64,000 bases of DNA. Origin: a virus (taxonomy: Duplodnaviria; Caudoviricetes). The stretch covers positions 23,339-87,338 of IMG/VR virus record IMGVR_UViG_3300001528_000407; one strand, given 5' to 3'. Shown here in pieces: positions 1 through 8,997 of this stretch; the stretch's first letter is position 1, and each line of letters opens with the position of its first letter. Below the pieces are notes generated by a model. It saw only the letters and a program-made list of their open reading frames with translations. It was not told the DNA's origin and made no database searches. Both the position numbers and the translations under genes were made by a program.

Positions 1-44
1 ACGTGTTGATGTTAGATAATATTTCTCCCATGATTCTGCAACCT

Positions 45-581
45 TTAGATGTTTATATTGCCGCTTCCTGATAGAATACGATATTGTCGAGAAGAGAGGT
101 CGGCGATAACCGTATTATACACCATTAATAAGTAAAGAATATCTTCAGAAAGTGAAAAGATGAAAACTTGCAACTTTGGGAGCTGGTAGTATCGCCAAGG
201 TTTCTTCGATATATAATTTTCATTCCACCATTTTTTATCATCCTTCTTGACAAAGAAAGGTAAAACGTTATGATATGGAAGAACCGATTTTGTCAAGACG
301 CAAGCATGATGAACGCCCACCGGTGTATCATCGAATTCTATCGCTGTAGGAAAACTTGCTCTGAATGGATTCTCTACGGAAGAAGGGGGAACGACTTTGT
401 TGTTATCCTCCTCTGATTTATAAAGTCCACGACTAATAGAAAACCAGGCGTTCTTTTTGCCATCGGAAATATCTTTCTTTCGGGCTATGTATATATCGCC
501 AAGTCCTGCAATATCACCTACAAAGTCTTCATACGAATCTAATTGTACTGGCATACTTTTTATTTTTGATTTAACAACCAT
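45..581 (-). CDS. hypothetical protein
   Basis: 178-aa ORF co-oriented with and overlapping the upstream gene; no recognised motif. Confidence 0.6.
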   Translation of the reverse strand: MVVKSKIKSMPVQLDSYEDFVGDIAGLGDIYIARKKDISDGKKNAWFSISRGLYKSEEDNNKVVPPSSVENPFRASFPTAIEFDDTPVGVHHACVLTKSVLPYHNVLPFFVKKDDKKWWNENYISKKPWRYYQLPKLQVFIFSLSEDILYLLMVYNTVIADLSSRQYRILSGSGNINI

Positions 582-1126
582 TCATTATAATACATATCAC
601 CATTTAAGGGAACGATGCAACTTGCATTCAGCACATTTTGCCAATCACCTTGCACGCTGCTAGGAAGCACCGTGGGCAGTTGGCTAATTTTGATAAGAGA
701 AAAATTTTCTTGCGAAATGTAAGATACATAATTCACCTTCGGTGTATAATGAGGGTAGAAACGGTAAAACGTCGCATTCTCCGTAGTCGCTGTAATAAAG
801 CCTAACACCTTGGGTTGTGCTCGATGGAATTTCCATGCAAAATACGCTGTTGGGTCAACGTAAGTTTCTAATGTAAAGTGTACACTTACCTCGAATCCCT
901 TACGATACCCCAGTGGTTCCACTAACGGAGAGGTACACCATTCTACCGGTATCTTTTCTATGCCATAAACTCCCGCCAAAACTTTTCCATATCGGCTATC
1001 CCTAAAAAGGTCTTCGATGGTTAATGGTTTTGCAGGAGGTTCCCAAGGCTTCCCATACACGAGGTAAAAACCCTTGATGTTCTCATCTATCTTACCAGGA
1101 ATAGTTTTAGTCTCTTGCTCTTTCAT
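560..1126 (-). CDS. hypothetical protein
   Basis: 188-aa ORF in the minus-strand operon. Confidence 0.65.
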   Translation of the reverse strand: MKEQETKTIPGKIDENIKGFYLVYGKPWEPPAKPLTIEDLFRDSRYGKVLAGVYGIEKIPVEWCTSPLVEPLGYRKGFEVSVHFTLETYVDPTAYFAWKFHRAQPKVLGFITATTENATFYRFYPHYTPKVNYVSYISQENFSLIKISQLPTVLPSSVQGDWQNVLNASCIVPLNGDMYYNEWLLNQK

Positions 1127-1198
1127 TGTCTTATTGTTTTCATTAAAACTCTGTAAATCCTTGTTGTCTATATCAACCTCGCAAAAACGATAATTTCA

Positions 1199-1330
1199 TC
1201 AATCAAAACTCTCCACAAGAAAAACATTTTCTTGCCAAGCGTTAATCGTTATCGTAGGACAAAGGCTTGTCTTTAGAAACAAACCTTTGTTCTGCCCTCT
1301 TGGGTATTGGAAGAAGAAATGTCTTTTTAT
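1199..1330 (-). CDS. C5-MTase TRD-like module Tb, lacking its own ATG (ATA at the coupled position)
   Basis: (I)KRHFFFQYPRGQNKGLFLKTSLCPTITINAWQENVFLVESFD*; PTIT motif and hydrophobic-E C-terminus as in the 41.7-44.8 kb modules; the junction reads CTATAAAAA where other modules have ATGA. Confidence 0.55.
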   Translation of the reverse strand: MKRHFFFQYPRGQNKGLFLKTSLCPTITINAWQENVFLVESFD

Positions 1331-1490
1331 AGTTCCACCAATATCTTTGGCTCTATTCCACCCCCCCACATGTATGGCAAGCGGGAGCGATGCCTTGGGG
1401 ACTGAATACCCTGCGGCAAGACTCAAAACGCTTGTCATAGGGAGGGGTGTCTATAGAGCCTAAGACGATGGTGTGGATATTCTTATTCAT
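1327..1490 (-). pseudogene. C5-MTase TRD-like mini-gene Ta, poly-G OFF allele
   Basis: ATG overlaps the stop of 1483-2376; G7 (C7 at 1361-1367) gives ...CHTCGGVE*; G8 gives MNKNIHTIVLGSIDTPPYDKRFESCRRVFSPQGIAPACHTCGGGGIEPKILVEL* (54 aa). Confidence 0.75.
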
Positions 1491-2376
1491 CATCGCCATG
1501 GTTCTCGTCGGGATTCTCGTCACGGTTCTCTTCCTGTGCTGACTGCTCGTCGTGATTTTCTTCCTCGTTCCAATCAAGCGTCTTCACCAGGAAGGAGATA
1601 CCCTTGCCAAACTCTTTTTCCTCGTAACCACGATGCAAGTACCATTTCAAGACCCATTCCTCTGCCTCTCGGATATTCCACTCCAGGGCTACCGTCTTGC
1701 AACCTTGCTCCTTGGCGTTGCGCTCGGCTACTTCCAGTAGTCTTGTGGCGATATGACGGTTGCGGTAGGCTCCATTCACCCAAAGGGCATAGATGAAGGC
1801 ATCGCACTTCTGCCAGAAATCATCCTTCTTGCGCTCGTCCTCAGTAGGAATATCAAGATGCACATTGCCCACTACCACACCATCGTGGATGGCATTGGCG
1901 AGGTATCGGGTGCATTTGAACCATTTCTGAATATTCGTGGTGATACTGAAAGAGAAGGACGTGATACGTACCTGAATGCCTTCGCCGTGGGTTTCATCGC
2001 CTTTATCATCGGCTGGCTTGTTGTCGCCATTACCGTTGCCTTTTTCGTCCTTGCCATTATCAGGGTTGCCATTGGCTGCTGCATCAGATGCAAGCATATC
2101 GTAATCCACACCGAGTTCCTTGGCTCTCATGCGAAGATCCTTTTCCCTTGCCCATCGCATCATGCAGGAGAATATCCAGATGGCTACGACAAAACTAACC
2201 ACCACATGACTCACTGCTTGCTTGCCTACGGTGAAGAAGAGCTGCGATAGCTCATCGGGGTGGCAGACATCGAACGTCCATTGCAGCAGGGCATTGAACG
2301 CTAACATCAGGATGAGGGTTACGAGTATGGGCATCGAATAGATGCCCAATCGCTTCAAAAATCTCTTTGCTTTCAT
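1483..2376 (-). CDS. membrane-anchored GNAT-family acetyltransferase
   Basis: Two N-terminal hydrophobic segments; C-terminal LWVNGAYRNRHIATRLL (acetyl-CoA binding motif A) and WYLHRGY (motif B). Confidence 0.7.
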   Translation of the reverse strand: MKAKRFLKRLGIYSMPILVTLILMLAFNALLQWTFDVCHPDELSQLFFTVGKQAVSHVVVSFVVAIWIFSCMMRWAREKDLRMRAKELGVDYDMLASDAAANGNPDNGKDEKGNGNGDNKPADDKGDETHGEGIQVRITSFSFSITTNIQKWFKCTRYLANAIHDGVVVGNVHLDIPTEDERKKDDFWQKCDAFIYALWVNGAYRNRHIATRLLEVAERNAKEQGCKTVALEWNIREAEEWVLKWYLHRGYEEKEFGKGISFLVKTLDWNEEENHDEQSAQEENRDENPDENHGDDE

Positions 2377-2416
2377 ACTTCTTTTCTTTCTTGTCTTTTA
2401 TGTTATTTATGCTTCA

Positions 2417-2638
2417 TTATTTTCTCATGATTACCTTGTCGCCTCTCGTTACCCGAAAGATAAGAGGGGCGAAGATGTAGCGATGGTTGCCACCAGCCTT
2501 TCTTGGGCATCCGTCCTTTCGGCATACTTTGCCATAGAATGCCCATTCTCCACAGATATGCTCCATCCTCTCTACGATGATGCTCTGCTGCTTGGTGGCG
2601 ACTATATCGCCTATCTGGATATTAGTTACGTCTATCAT
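2417..2638 (-). CDS. hypothetical protein
   Basis: 73-aa ORF, ATGA-coupled to the upstream gene. Confidence 0.6.
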   Translation of the reverse strand: MIDVTNIQIGDIVATKQQSIIVERMEHICGEWAFYGKVCRKDGCPRKAGGNHRYIFAPLIFRVTRGDKVIMRK

Positions 2639-3387
2639 TCTATTTTCTTCCCATCCACTGCATCATGCACCAGCTTCTCATTATCCAACAAATCCTTTGG
2701 CACATTCATTGCATCGAACACACCACATAGGCGAAGGAAATGTTGAAGCTCATGCACGGCGATGAATTGTGCCACGGCTGCGGCGTTATAGGTGTTATAG
2801 CTACCCCTGCCATCGGTCTGCTTCACAGGCTTCACTATCTGCACGATGATAGCCTTGCACTTGCTTTCGGTCTTGCTGGCTACCCAACTCAATCCTTCCT
2901 CCTGCAACTTATCCTCCAGGTCGTGATCCTGATAAGTCAACTCGAAGCCTACGGCGTAATAGGTGGCCTGCCATCTTCGAGCCTTAAACTCGTAGGCGAA
3001 AGCTACTTTCAAGTCGCTGTCCCTTGGTTTCATCGTCTCGCTATCCGACAACTTGCGGAATATCGCCGAGTTCTCGGCGAACCAATCTTCCGAGAAAGGA
3101 ATGATGGTGAGGTTGCTGATAGGCTGGGTACAGTAATTGGCAATAATCATTTCTTGCGTTATAGCCTTGCCCATCCATTTCATCTGACGATAGCGGGCAG
3201 TATATATCTCGGCATACTTCTTGGAATATTCCGAGACGATGCAAACCTCACGTTCCTTTGGTGTGCCGTCCTCTTCCGCCATATTGCCATATACGAAGTC
3301 GCCCACCGTCAATTCTCCAAGCTGAAAATCCTCATCCTCATCGTGTCGGATGAATCCTACATTATTACTATTGCTCTTCTTTGCCAT
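2635..3387 (-). CDS. hypothetical protein
   Basis: 250-aa ORF in the operon. Confidence 0.7.
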   Translation of the reverse strand: MAKKSNSNNVGFIRHDEDEDFQLGELTVGDFVYGNMAEEDGTPKEREVCIVSEYSKKYAEIYTARYRQMKWMGKAITQEMIIANYCTQPISNLTIIPFSEDWFAENSAIFRKLSDSETMKPRDSDLKVAFAYEFKARRWQATYYAVGFELTYQDHDLEDKLQEEGLSWVASKTESKCKAIIVQIVKPVKQTDGRGSYNTYNAAAVAQFIAVHELQHFLRLCGVFDAMNVPKDLLDNEKLVHDAVDGKKIE

Positions 3388-3604
3388 ATTGCTTACATTT
3401 ATCTATTATTCTCCTTGCGTTCTTGTCTATTCTCAATGCGTTGCCCTTAGTTACCAACGCTGCACTCAGCTGCGCGAACAGACCAGCAAGATTGTTGAGG
3501 TTCTCCATATCCTTCATATCGAGATACCCTTTGTCTCTTCTTGCCTTCACAGTCACCTGCCCCGATTCAAAATCACAGGTGATGGAAACAACTACCTTTG
3601 CCAT
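3368..3604 (-). CDS. hypothetical protein
   Basis: 78-aa ORF overlapping the next gene. Confidence 0.6.
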   Translation of the reverse strand: MAKVVVSITCDFESGQVTVKARRDKGYLDMKDMENLNNLAGLFAQLSAALVTKGNALRIDKNARRIIDKCKQYGKEEQ

Positions 3605-3618
3605 ATCCTTTTTAATAT

Positions 3619-4398
3619 TTATACTTTCTGCGCAATCTTTACGTTTGCGTCCGTATCATCTTGTAGCGAGAACTTTTCCTTGTCGCCATATTTCTTTTTC
3701 AGTCTCTCTAGGCTATTTTTCAAGACAGCCATTACCAAGTCTTCCGACATGTGCCCTGCATCAAGCTCCTCACCATACACGCAAAATGGGAGAACATCAT
3801 TAAGATAGAAATCCTTCATATCATCTCTATCCACATTTTCGTATGGCACGAAGTCGATGGATTCGATAGATGCTATCACATCGTTATCATCTGACTTGTA
3901 TCGGGAGATAACGAAACCGCCAGGGAACACCGTCAATACGAACTTTTCGACAAACACCATCTTGCTTAAAAATGCAGGTATCGCTGCCAACGCTTGCGCC
4001 ACCTCCTGCTCGGTAGGTTTCTTATATCCCCATATCGACGATACATAAGCACTCACAAAGTTAGGATGATAACGAGTATTGAAGTTGTAGAATCGCCAAC
4101 AACCGTTCTTCGTCTTCGTCAGCATATCCGTCTGCACGTCTCTGCCATCGGCATAATGATAAGCCACCGCATAGATGCAGCCCTCCTCGTTGCGAGTGAC
4201 AAACTCCACATCGGTCTCGTTCCGTTCCACCTCCCTCGGCTCTGCCATACGCTTGATGGCATTGTTGAATTTCAGGTAGGCGGTCGAATCGGTGTATTCA
4301 TCGCCATAGAAAGTGGGTGCCAAACCGATGAGGTCTTCACTCTGATTATTCTCTTTGATGAGACCCAACTTCTTAGGGTCGAGTATTCCAATATCCAT
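3619..4398 (-). CDS. hypothetical protein
   Basis: 259-aa ORF with a short spacer to its neighbours. Confidence 0.7.
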   Translation of the reverse strand: MDIGILDPKKLGLIKENNQSEDLIGLAPTFYGDEYTDSTAYLKFNNAIKRMAEPREVERNETDVEFVTRNEEGCIYAVAYHYADGRDVQTDMLTKTKNGCWRFYNFNTRYHPNFVSAYVSSIWGYKKPTEQEVAQALAAIPAFLSKMVFVEKFVLTVFPGGFVISRYKSDDNDVIASIESIDFVPYENVDRDDMKDFYLNDVLPFCVYGEELDAGHMSEDLVMAVLKNSLERLKKKYGDKEKFSLQDDTDANVKIAQKV

Positions 4399-4410
4399 AC
4401 TTTCGTCTCC

Positions 4411-5595
4411 TTATCTATTAGGATCTACCGTGATGTTGTATTTCGCCAAGACTGGCACAAGTCCGGTCATTACTCCCCTGCCAAGGAGAGGCACTGAGTC
4501 GAGCGCACTGCGAGGTATCACCTTCTTCTTAGGCAACTGCTCTTTGCTGGCTTCCTCATCGAGAAGCTTCTTGCAAGCTGCCAACTCCTTGTCGGCATCG
4601 TCTCGCTCGTCGAGGGCTTTCTTGTATTTGGCATTCAGTTCATCATATTGCTTCTGTGCCTCCCTCGCCTCGGCTCTCTGCTTGGCGATGAAGTCGGAAG
4701 CCTTCTGCGCCGTGGCTTGATAATCCTGTAGCTTCGCACTTAGCTCGTCGATTTGCGTTTGCAGGTTTGTAACTACCGTTTGGTGATCCGCCTGAGCGTC
4801 CGACATCTGTTGCATGTGCAGGATATTGAGGTTCTCGATTTCCTTCTGCTGGTCATTGATTTTCTTACGCAATACATCGCTGTCCGCCGCTGTGACGATA
4901 TAATTGCCCAAGCGGTTGATGTTCTGCGAGAGGATGGCAAAGAGACCCTCGGTCTCGCTCTCCAAGGACAGGGCATCATCGGCGGTGAGGATATAGCTAT
5001 CATCGTTCCACCAATCGGGGCGAGTGATATTCAGCTTGCCCGATGGCTGCTGTGCAGCTCGGTTGCTGGCTTGCATATCTGGGGTATTGGCTTGCGTATT
5101 GCTACCCGTACTACCTCCATTCGTTTGTACCTCTTGGTTCTTATCCTGGGCATTCTGCTCCTCGGCGTTATCCATATCCTTCACCACGTCGATAGCGGAA
5201 GGCATATCACCCAACTTATCGTAGTAGTTATCCTCACGGGCATCCAGGGCAAGTCTGCCCTCATAGACATCCCAAAGGTTGTTGTCGATGAGATAGTAGA
5301 TAGCCCCAAGCACGATGTGCGCTCCATATTGGTCGATATACTCGTTAATCGGCGCAACCCATCGCTTGCGCACCACCATATCCAGCCACTCCTTATATAC
5401 CTTGCCATTGAGCATGTTTTTATCCTCTTCCTTCTGATAACAGGAGGCGATACGAGGGATAACGTAGAGCGGTTCGGTCTTCTGCAAGAAGTTCTCGTAG
5501 TTGATGCCGAGAGCCATGCGCACCATGTTGCTCACGTTCTTAAATTGATATTTCTTCAGCAAGGAGCGAAGAACGTTTTGTTGCTTTGTATTCAT
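4411..5595 (-). CDS. coiled-coil protein
   Basis: 394 aa; heptad-rich C-terminal half (LRKKINDQQKEIENL...). Confidence 0.7.
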   Translation of the reverse strand: MNTKQQNVLRSLLKKYQFKNVSNMVRMALGINYENFLQKTEPLYVIPRIASCYQKEEDKNMLNGKVYKEWLDMVVRKRWVAPINEYIDQYGAHIVLGAIYYLIDNNLWDVYEGRLALDAREDNYYDKLGDMPSAIDVVKDMDNAEEQNAQDKNQEVQTNGGSTGSNTQANTPDMQASNRAAQQPSGKLNITRPDWWNDDSYILTADDALSLESETEGLFAILSQNINRLGNYIVTAADSDVLRKKINDQQKEIENLNILHMQQMSDAQADHQTVVTNLQTQIDELSAKLQDYQATAQKASDFIAKQRAEAREAQKQYDELNAKYKKALDERDDADKELAACKKLLDEEASKEQLPKKKVIPRSALDSVPLLGRGVMTGLVPVLAKYNITVDPNR

Positions 5596-5645
5596 AATTA
5601 ACCTTGTTTTGATTGACTGATTCGATTTCTTCTGATTATCGTAGC

Positions 5646-6626
5646 TTATTTCTTACTACGTTTTCTCTTGCTTGGTGATGCGGAAGTAACCCGTTCGCCT
5701 ACGGTGGCATACATACAGTCCACCATGTTTGCTTTCTTCAAGCAGATATAGGTGCCCACGATGATGTCACGGAAGGCGCGGCTCATCTTGCAGTTCTGAA
5801 ACAACACTTTAATGATATTCACCCTGCCCTGCTCGTCTTGCTCGCTATTCAGCACATTGGTGAGGCAGTGCATCGTCTCACCCTTGGCTGGCTGCTGAGT
5901 GTAAGGATTGCCCTCGATATGATAGAGAGCCAGGGTAGTAAGCTGCTGCGGATGGCGAAGCTGAAACTCATGCACCTTATCCTTGAGGAGCGACATCAAC
6001 TGCTCGAAGTCTTCATGCAAGTTCTTCAAGCCATCGACGAATGCCAAGAAATCGACTGCGGTCTGCTTGTCGGACAGAATGGCTTTCAGCTCCTCACGGC
6101 TCATCGTAAGGTCTGGCTCCTCTTGCAGGAGCAATTCTATGCGCTGCTCGATAGGGACGGTTTCATCTTGCAAGGCTTTCTCGAAAGATTGCTTTGCCTC
6201 TTCCAGTCGAGCCTCCATTTCTTTGAGCGACATAGAGCCATCGTTGCTTTCCTTGGGGATAGTGACGGCGGTCTTGCCATCAAACATTTCGTATCTCGCA
6301 CCCATCAGCCAAGACTGGAGGTTGATGTAATGATCCTTGTCGGCATGGGCGATATTCGCCTCGGTCCACTCCGAGTATTGTTCGTAGGTCATGTGGTGCA
6401 TCAGTATCAGCACCATTTCTTCGGGAGTAAGAAAATCCACTCCGTCGAAATCACAGGTGCCACCCACCACGCCACCTACCCAGTAAGGGCTGCGGCATCC
6501 CTCAAACAGTCGCTCGTTCACCTGCTCGGCGAGGTCGAGACAAGACTGCTGGAAGGCATTGATGGCTTCGAGAGCCTTATCCTTTTCGGGAGTCTCCTGC
6601 TTATTATCATTCTTATCTTGTGCCAT
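5646..6626 (-). CDS. hypothetical protein
   Basis: 326-aa ORF with a central coiled-coil. Confidence 0.7.
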   Translation of the reverse strand: MAQDKNDNKQETPEKDKALEAINAFQQSCLDLAEQVNERLFEGCRSPYWVGGVVGGTCDFDGVDFLTPEEMVLILMHHMTYEQYSEWTEANIAHADKDHYINLQSWLMGARYEMFDGKTAVTIPKESNDGSMSLKEMEARLEEAKQSFEKALQDETVPIEQRIELLLQEEPDLTMSREELKAILSDKQTAVDFLAFVDGLKNLHEDFEQLMSLLKDKVHEFQLRHPQQLTTLALYHIEGNPYTQQPAKGETMHCLTNVLNSEQDEQGRVNIIKVLFQNCKMSRAFRDIIVGTYICLKKANMVDCMYATVGERVTSASPSKRKRSKK

Positions 6627-6639
6627 AACTTATCGGATA

Positions 6640-7086
6640 TTATTCATTCTCGGCTTTTTGCGCCACCTTCGGCGCGCATACGTTACCATGCTCATACACC
6701 ACAGGAGCCTCGCCTGCCTTGATGCGCTCCTCGTTGTATCGGGCGAAGGCGACACCAATCTTGTCTTGGAAGGTTTCATTGATGGTACGTCGGTCTTGCT
6801 TCACCTGGGCGATGCCTTTCTTGAAGATATTATAGGCATTCGTTTTACGAGTACCCAAGCCAGCGTTGAATGTGCCAAGGTCGAAAGCCTGTTGCTTCTG
6901 GAATGCTTTCAACTCCTCTTTCTGTACCTTCATAAAGGCAATTTTATCTTCGGAGATACTATTGTGCTCACGCTGATAATTCGCTTTCAGGCTGTTCTCA
7001 CGGTCGTAAGTAGCCATCATCTTCTCATCTCGCTCCTTGCGAAGGGGAGCGAGAACGTCTTGTTGAAATTGTTCTACTGTTCTCAT
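6640..7086 (-). CDS. hypothetical coiled-coil protein
   Basis: 148-aa ORF. Confidence 0.65.
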   Translation of the reverse strand: MRTVEQFQQDVLAPLRKERDEKMMATYDRENSLKANYQREHNSISEDKIAFMKVQKEELKAFQKQQAFDLGTFNAGLGTRKTNAYNIFKKGIAQVKQDRRTINETFQDKIGVAFARYNEERIKAGEAPVVYEHGNVCAPKVAQKAENE

Positions 7087-7267
7087 TGTTACTAAAATCT
7101 ATAAATCCTTTTTTCTTATTTGTTTATGAATGTTGTTATTTATAGGGCATGGTATGGTTGCGCCATCGGTCGATAATCTGACGGAAGACCGACAAACTCC
7201 CATATCATTTACCTTTTTTAAGTGAAGAGTGAAGTATGAAGAGTGAAGAGTCCTCTCGCATTCCTTG

Positions 7268-7663
7268 TTACACGAAATCCAATGGTGGGTATCGACGCTG
7301 TAACTCTTTCTCTTTCGCCTCTTTCTCGGCTTGTTGCTCTGCCTTGACTTTCTCCGCTTCTTCCTTGAAGAGCTTCTTTAGGGCATCACGCTCCATCATA
7401 CTATTCTCTTTGAGAAGAGCGATAAACTTGTCTCTACCCAACTTCTTGTAGTAAGGAATGAACTCCTTATCCACCAAGTCAGCCGGCTCACCAACAGGAA
7501 TGCTGACCTGCGTAAGGTCTCGCCCTTGCTTATCCACGATGAGGAGCATTCGCTTTTTGCCACCCTCGCCTTGCACGGTGATACCACCGCTATACTTGGC
7601 TACGCTAAAATAGCTGCGAGTCCAAGCCTCCTTGGTGAGCAATATGGATCTAAACTCTGCCAT
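7268..7663 (-). CDS. hypothetical protein
   Basis: 131-aa ORF, first gene downstream of an AT-rich promoter region. Confidence 0.65.
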   Translation of the reverse strand: MAEFRSILLTKEAWTRSYFSVAKYSGGITVQGEGGKKRMLLIVDKQGRDLTQVSIPVGEPADLVDKEFIPYYKKLGRDKFIALLKENSMMERDALKKLFKEEAEKVKAEQQAEKEAKEKELQRRYPPLDFV

Positions 7664-7894
7664 AACCTATAATTTATTGTTTGTTATTTATTATCTATTA
7701 TTCGCTATGCGATTTCTTTATCGCCGCAATTCGATATATCTTGATACTGCATATATCGTTTATGCTTCATGCAGTATAAGCCTCCGATGCAAATAGCTCC
7801 GTGCAGACACACCCAGCAAGGCTTCGCATCGGGCTTCATCGAACAATGTTTTAAATCAACCGACATCTTTATAACTATATCTCAAATATATTTC

Positions 7895-7930
7895 GGTTGC
7901 AAATTTAGGAATTAAATCTTAAATTTGCAA
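7895..7930. promoter_or_regulatory. back-to-back Bacteroidota -7 promoter boxes (TAAATTTG on both strands)
   Basis: ttgcaaatttaggaattaaatcttaaatttgcaa; matches the TAnnTTTG consensus; the minus-strand copy points at the 7663-45 operon. Confidence 0.55.
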
Positions 7931-8015
7931 ATAAATTAGGAAATAAATAATATCAGGGGTATGATTTTAACGTTAATTTTACATTAAAACATACCTCTGA
8001 TATATTTCTAAGAAT

Positions 8016-8069
8016 AAAAAGCCTCGATACCTTGCCTTGCATTATAGAAGGCTCGATACCGAGGCTTTT
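8016..8069. terminator. intrinsic terminator downstream of the capsid/tail-tube unit
   Basis: aaaaagcctcg...cgaggctttt inverted repeat with A/T tails on both sides. Confidence 0.6.
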
Positions 8070-8122
8070 CAGAAATATGAGTTTAAATTGCCAATGGAAA
8101 TCCATTGTAGAGTGGGGAGCGA

Positions 8123-8300
8123 TTATTCATCGTCTTCATCAAGCGAAGAGGTCTCATCGTTAACGGATGCCACCTTCTTTGCGCTCGTCTTGCTTGTGCT
8201 TGACTTAGAAGACTGCGTGGACGCAGTGTTCTCGGCTGCGCTATCCGAAGACTTTGTAGAGGCGGAATTAACGTCGCTCTTATCAGTTCCGCCTGTTATT
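8123..8300 (-). other. Ser/Thr/acidic extension frame reachable by -1 frameshift or G5 to G6 slippage from the tail-tube gene
   Basis: GTG GGG GAA TAA at the stop; the -1 frame stays open as GGITGGTDKSDVNSASTKSS...LDEDDE*. Confidence 0.45.
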
Positions 8301-8874
8301 CCCCCACGCCGGTACCAGTACCGTTCAAGAGAGAATCCCAACCACCTTCAGGTGTTGCAATCTCGTAGCGACCATAAGTAGTAGGCTGGAGAGTTCCGGA
8401 CAATGTAACTGTTCGGTCATCCTCTGGCTTCTTGCCTGTGTCGCCCTTGATGTTACCTGAATCGTACTTGAAGTCGTGCTGCTTGTCATACACGATGATA
8501 GAGCTTGCACTATCCTCTACGATGTAACCGCACTTCAAGTTGTTGAGACCACGAGCCACGAAAGCAGTGTCTGCGTTTACGCTCTCAAGAACGTAATCCA
8601 AGGTCTGCTTGAAGCCCTTCTGATAACCAAGGTTCTCCCAAGTATGACCCTGGCCACCATCCTGGCACTCGAACTTATAGAGACCCTTACCCTTCTTGAA
8701 AGATGCAGTAGTAAGAGCTGCATACTTGTTAGTTCCCTCTGTTGGCTCCAAAGCCTTCATGAGGTCGCTCTTCAAGAAAACATATACGTTTACGCCAAGA
8801 CCACCGAAGTTTTCCAAGCAATCATTCTCGGAAAGCAAGTCTTTGATCTCTGGGCATGTCTTAGTATCTGCCAT
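8296..8874 (-). CDS. putative major tail (tube) or other virion structural protein
   Basis: 192 aa, acidic and Gly-rich, directly downstream of the major capsid gene; call rests on size and position. Confidence 0.5.
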   Translation of the reverse strand: MADTKTCPEIKDLLSENDCLENFGGLGVNVYVFLKSDLMKALEPTEGTNKYAALTTASFKKGKGLYKFECQDGGQGHTWENLGYQKGFKQTLDYVLESVNADTAFVARGLNNLKCGYIVEDSASSIIVYDKQHDFKYDSGNIKGDTGKKPEDDRTVTLSGTLQPTTYGRYEIATPEGGWDSLLNGTGTGVGE

Positions 8875-8997
8875 AATTGTATCTTTTTTAATGATTAATA
8901 GAAAAAAATGGCGGCGGAAGCCATATTCCGTCAGGTCAGGCTTGCTCGCCCGCCGCCAAAGGATTTATAGTGTGTTTTAGTAAGCCTAACCGTCAGG

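Noticed and set aside
7220-7252. TGAAGAG short tandem repeats
   Set aside because: Low-complexity intergenic microrepeat with no further supporting structure.
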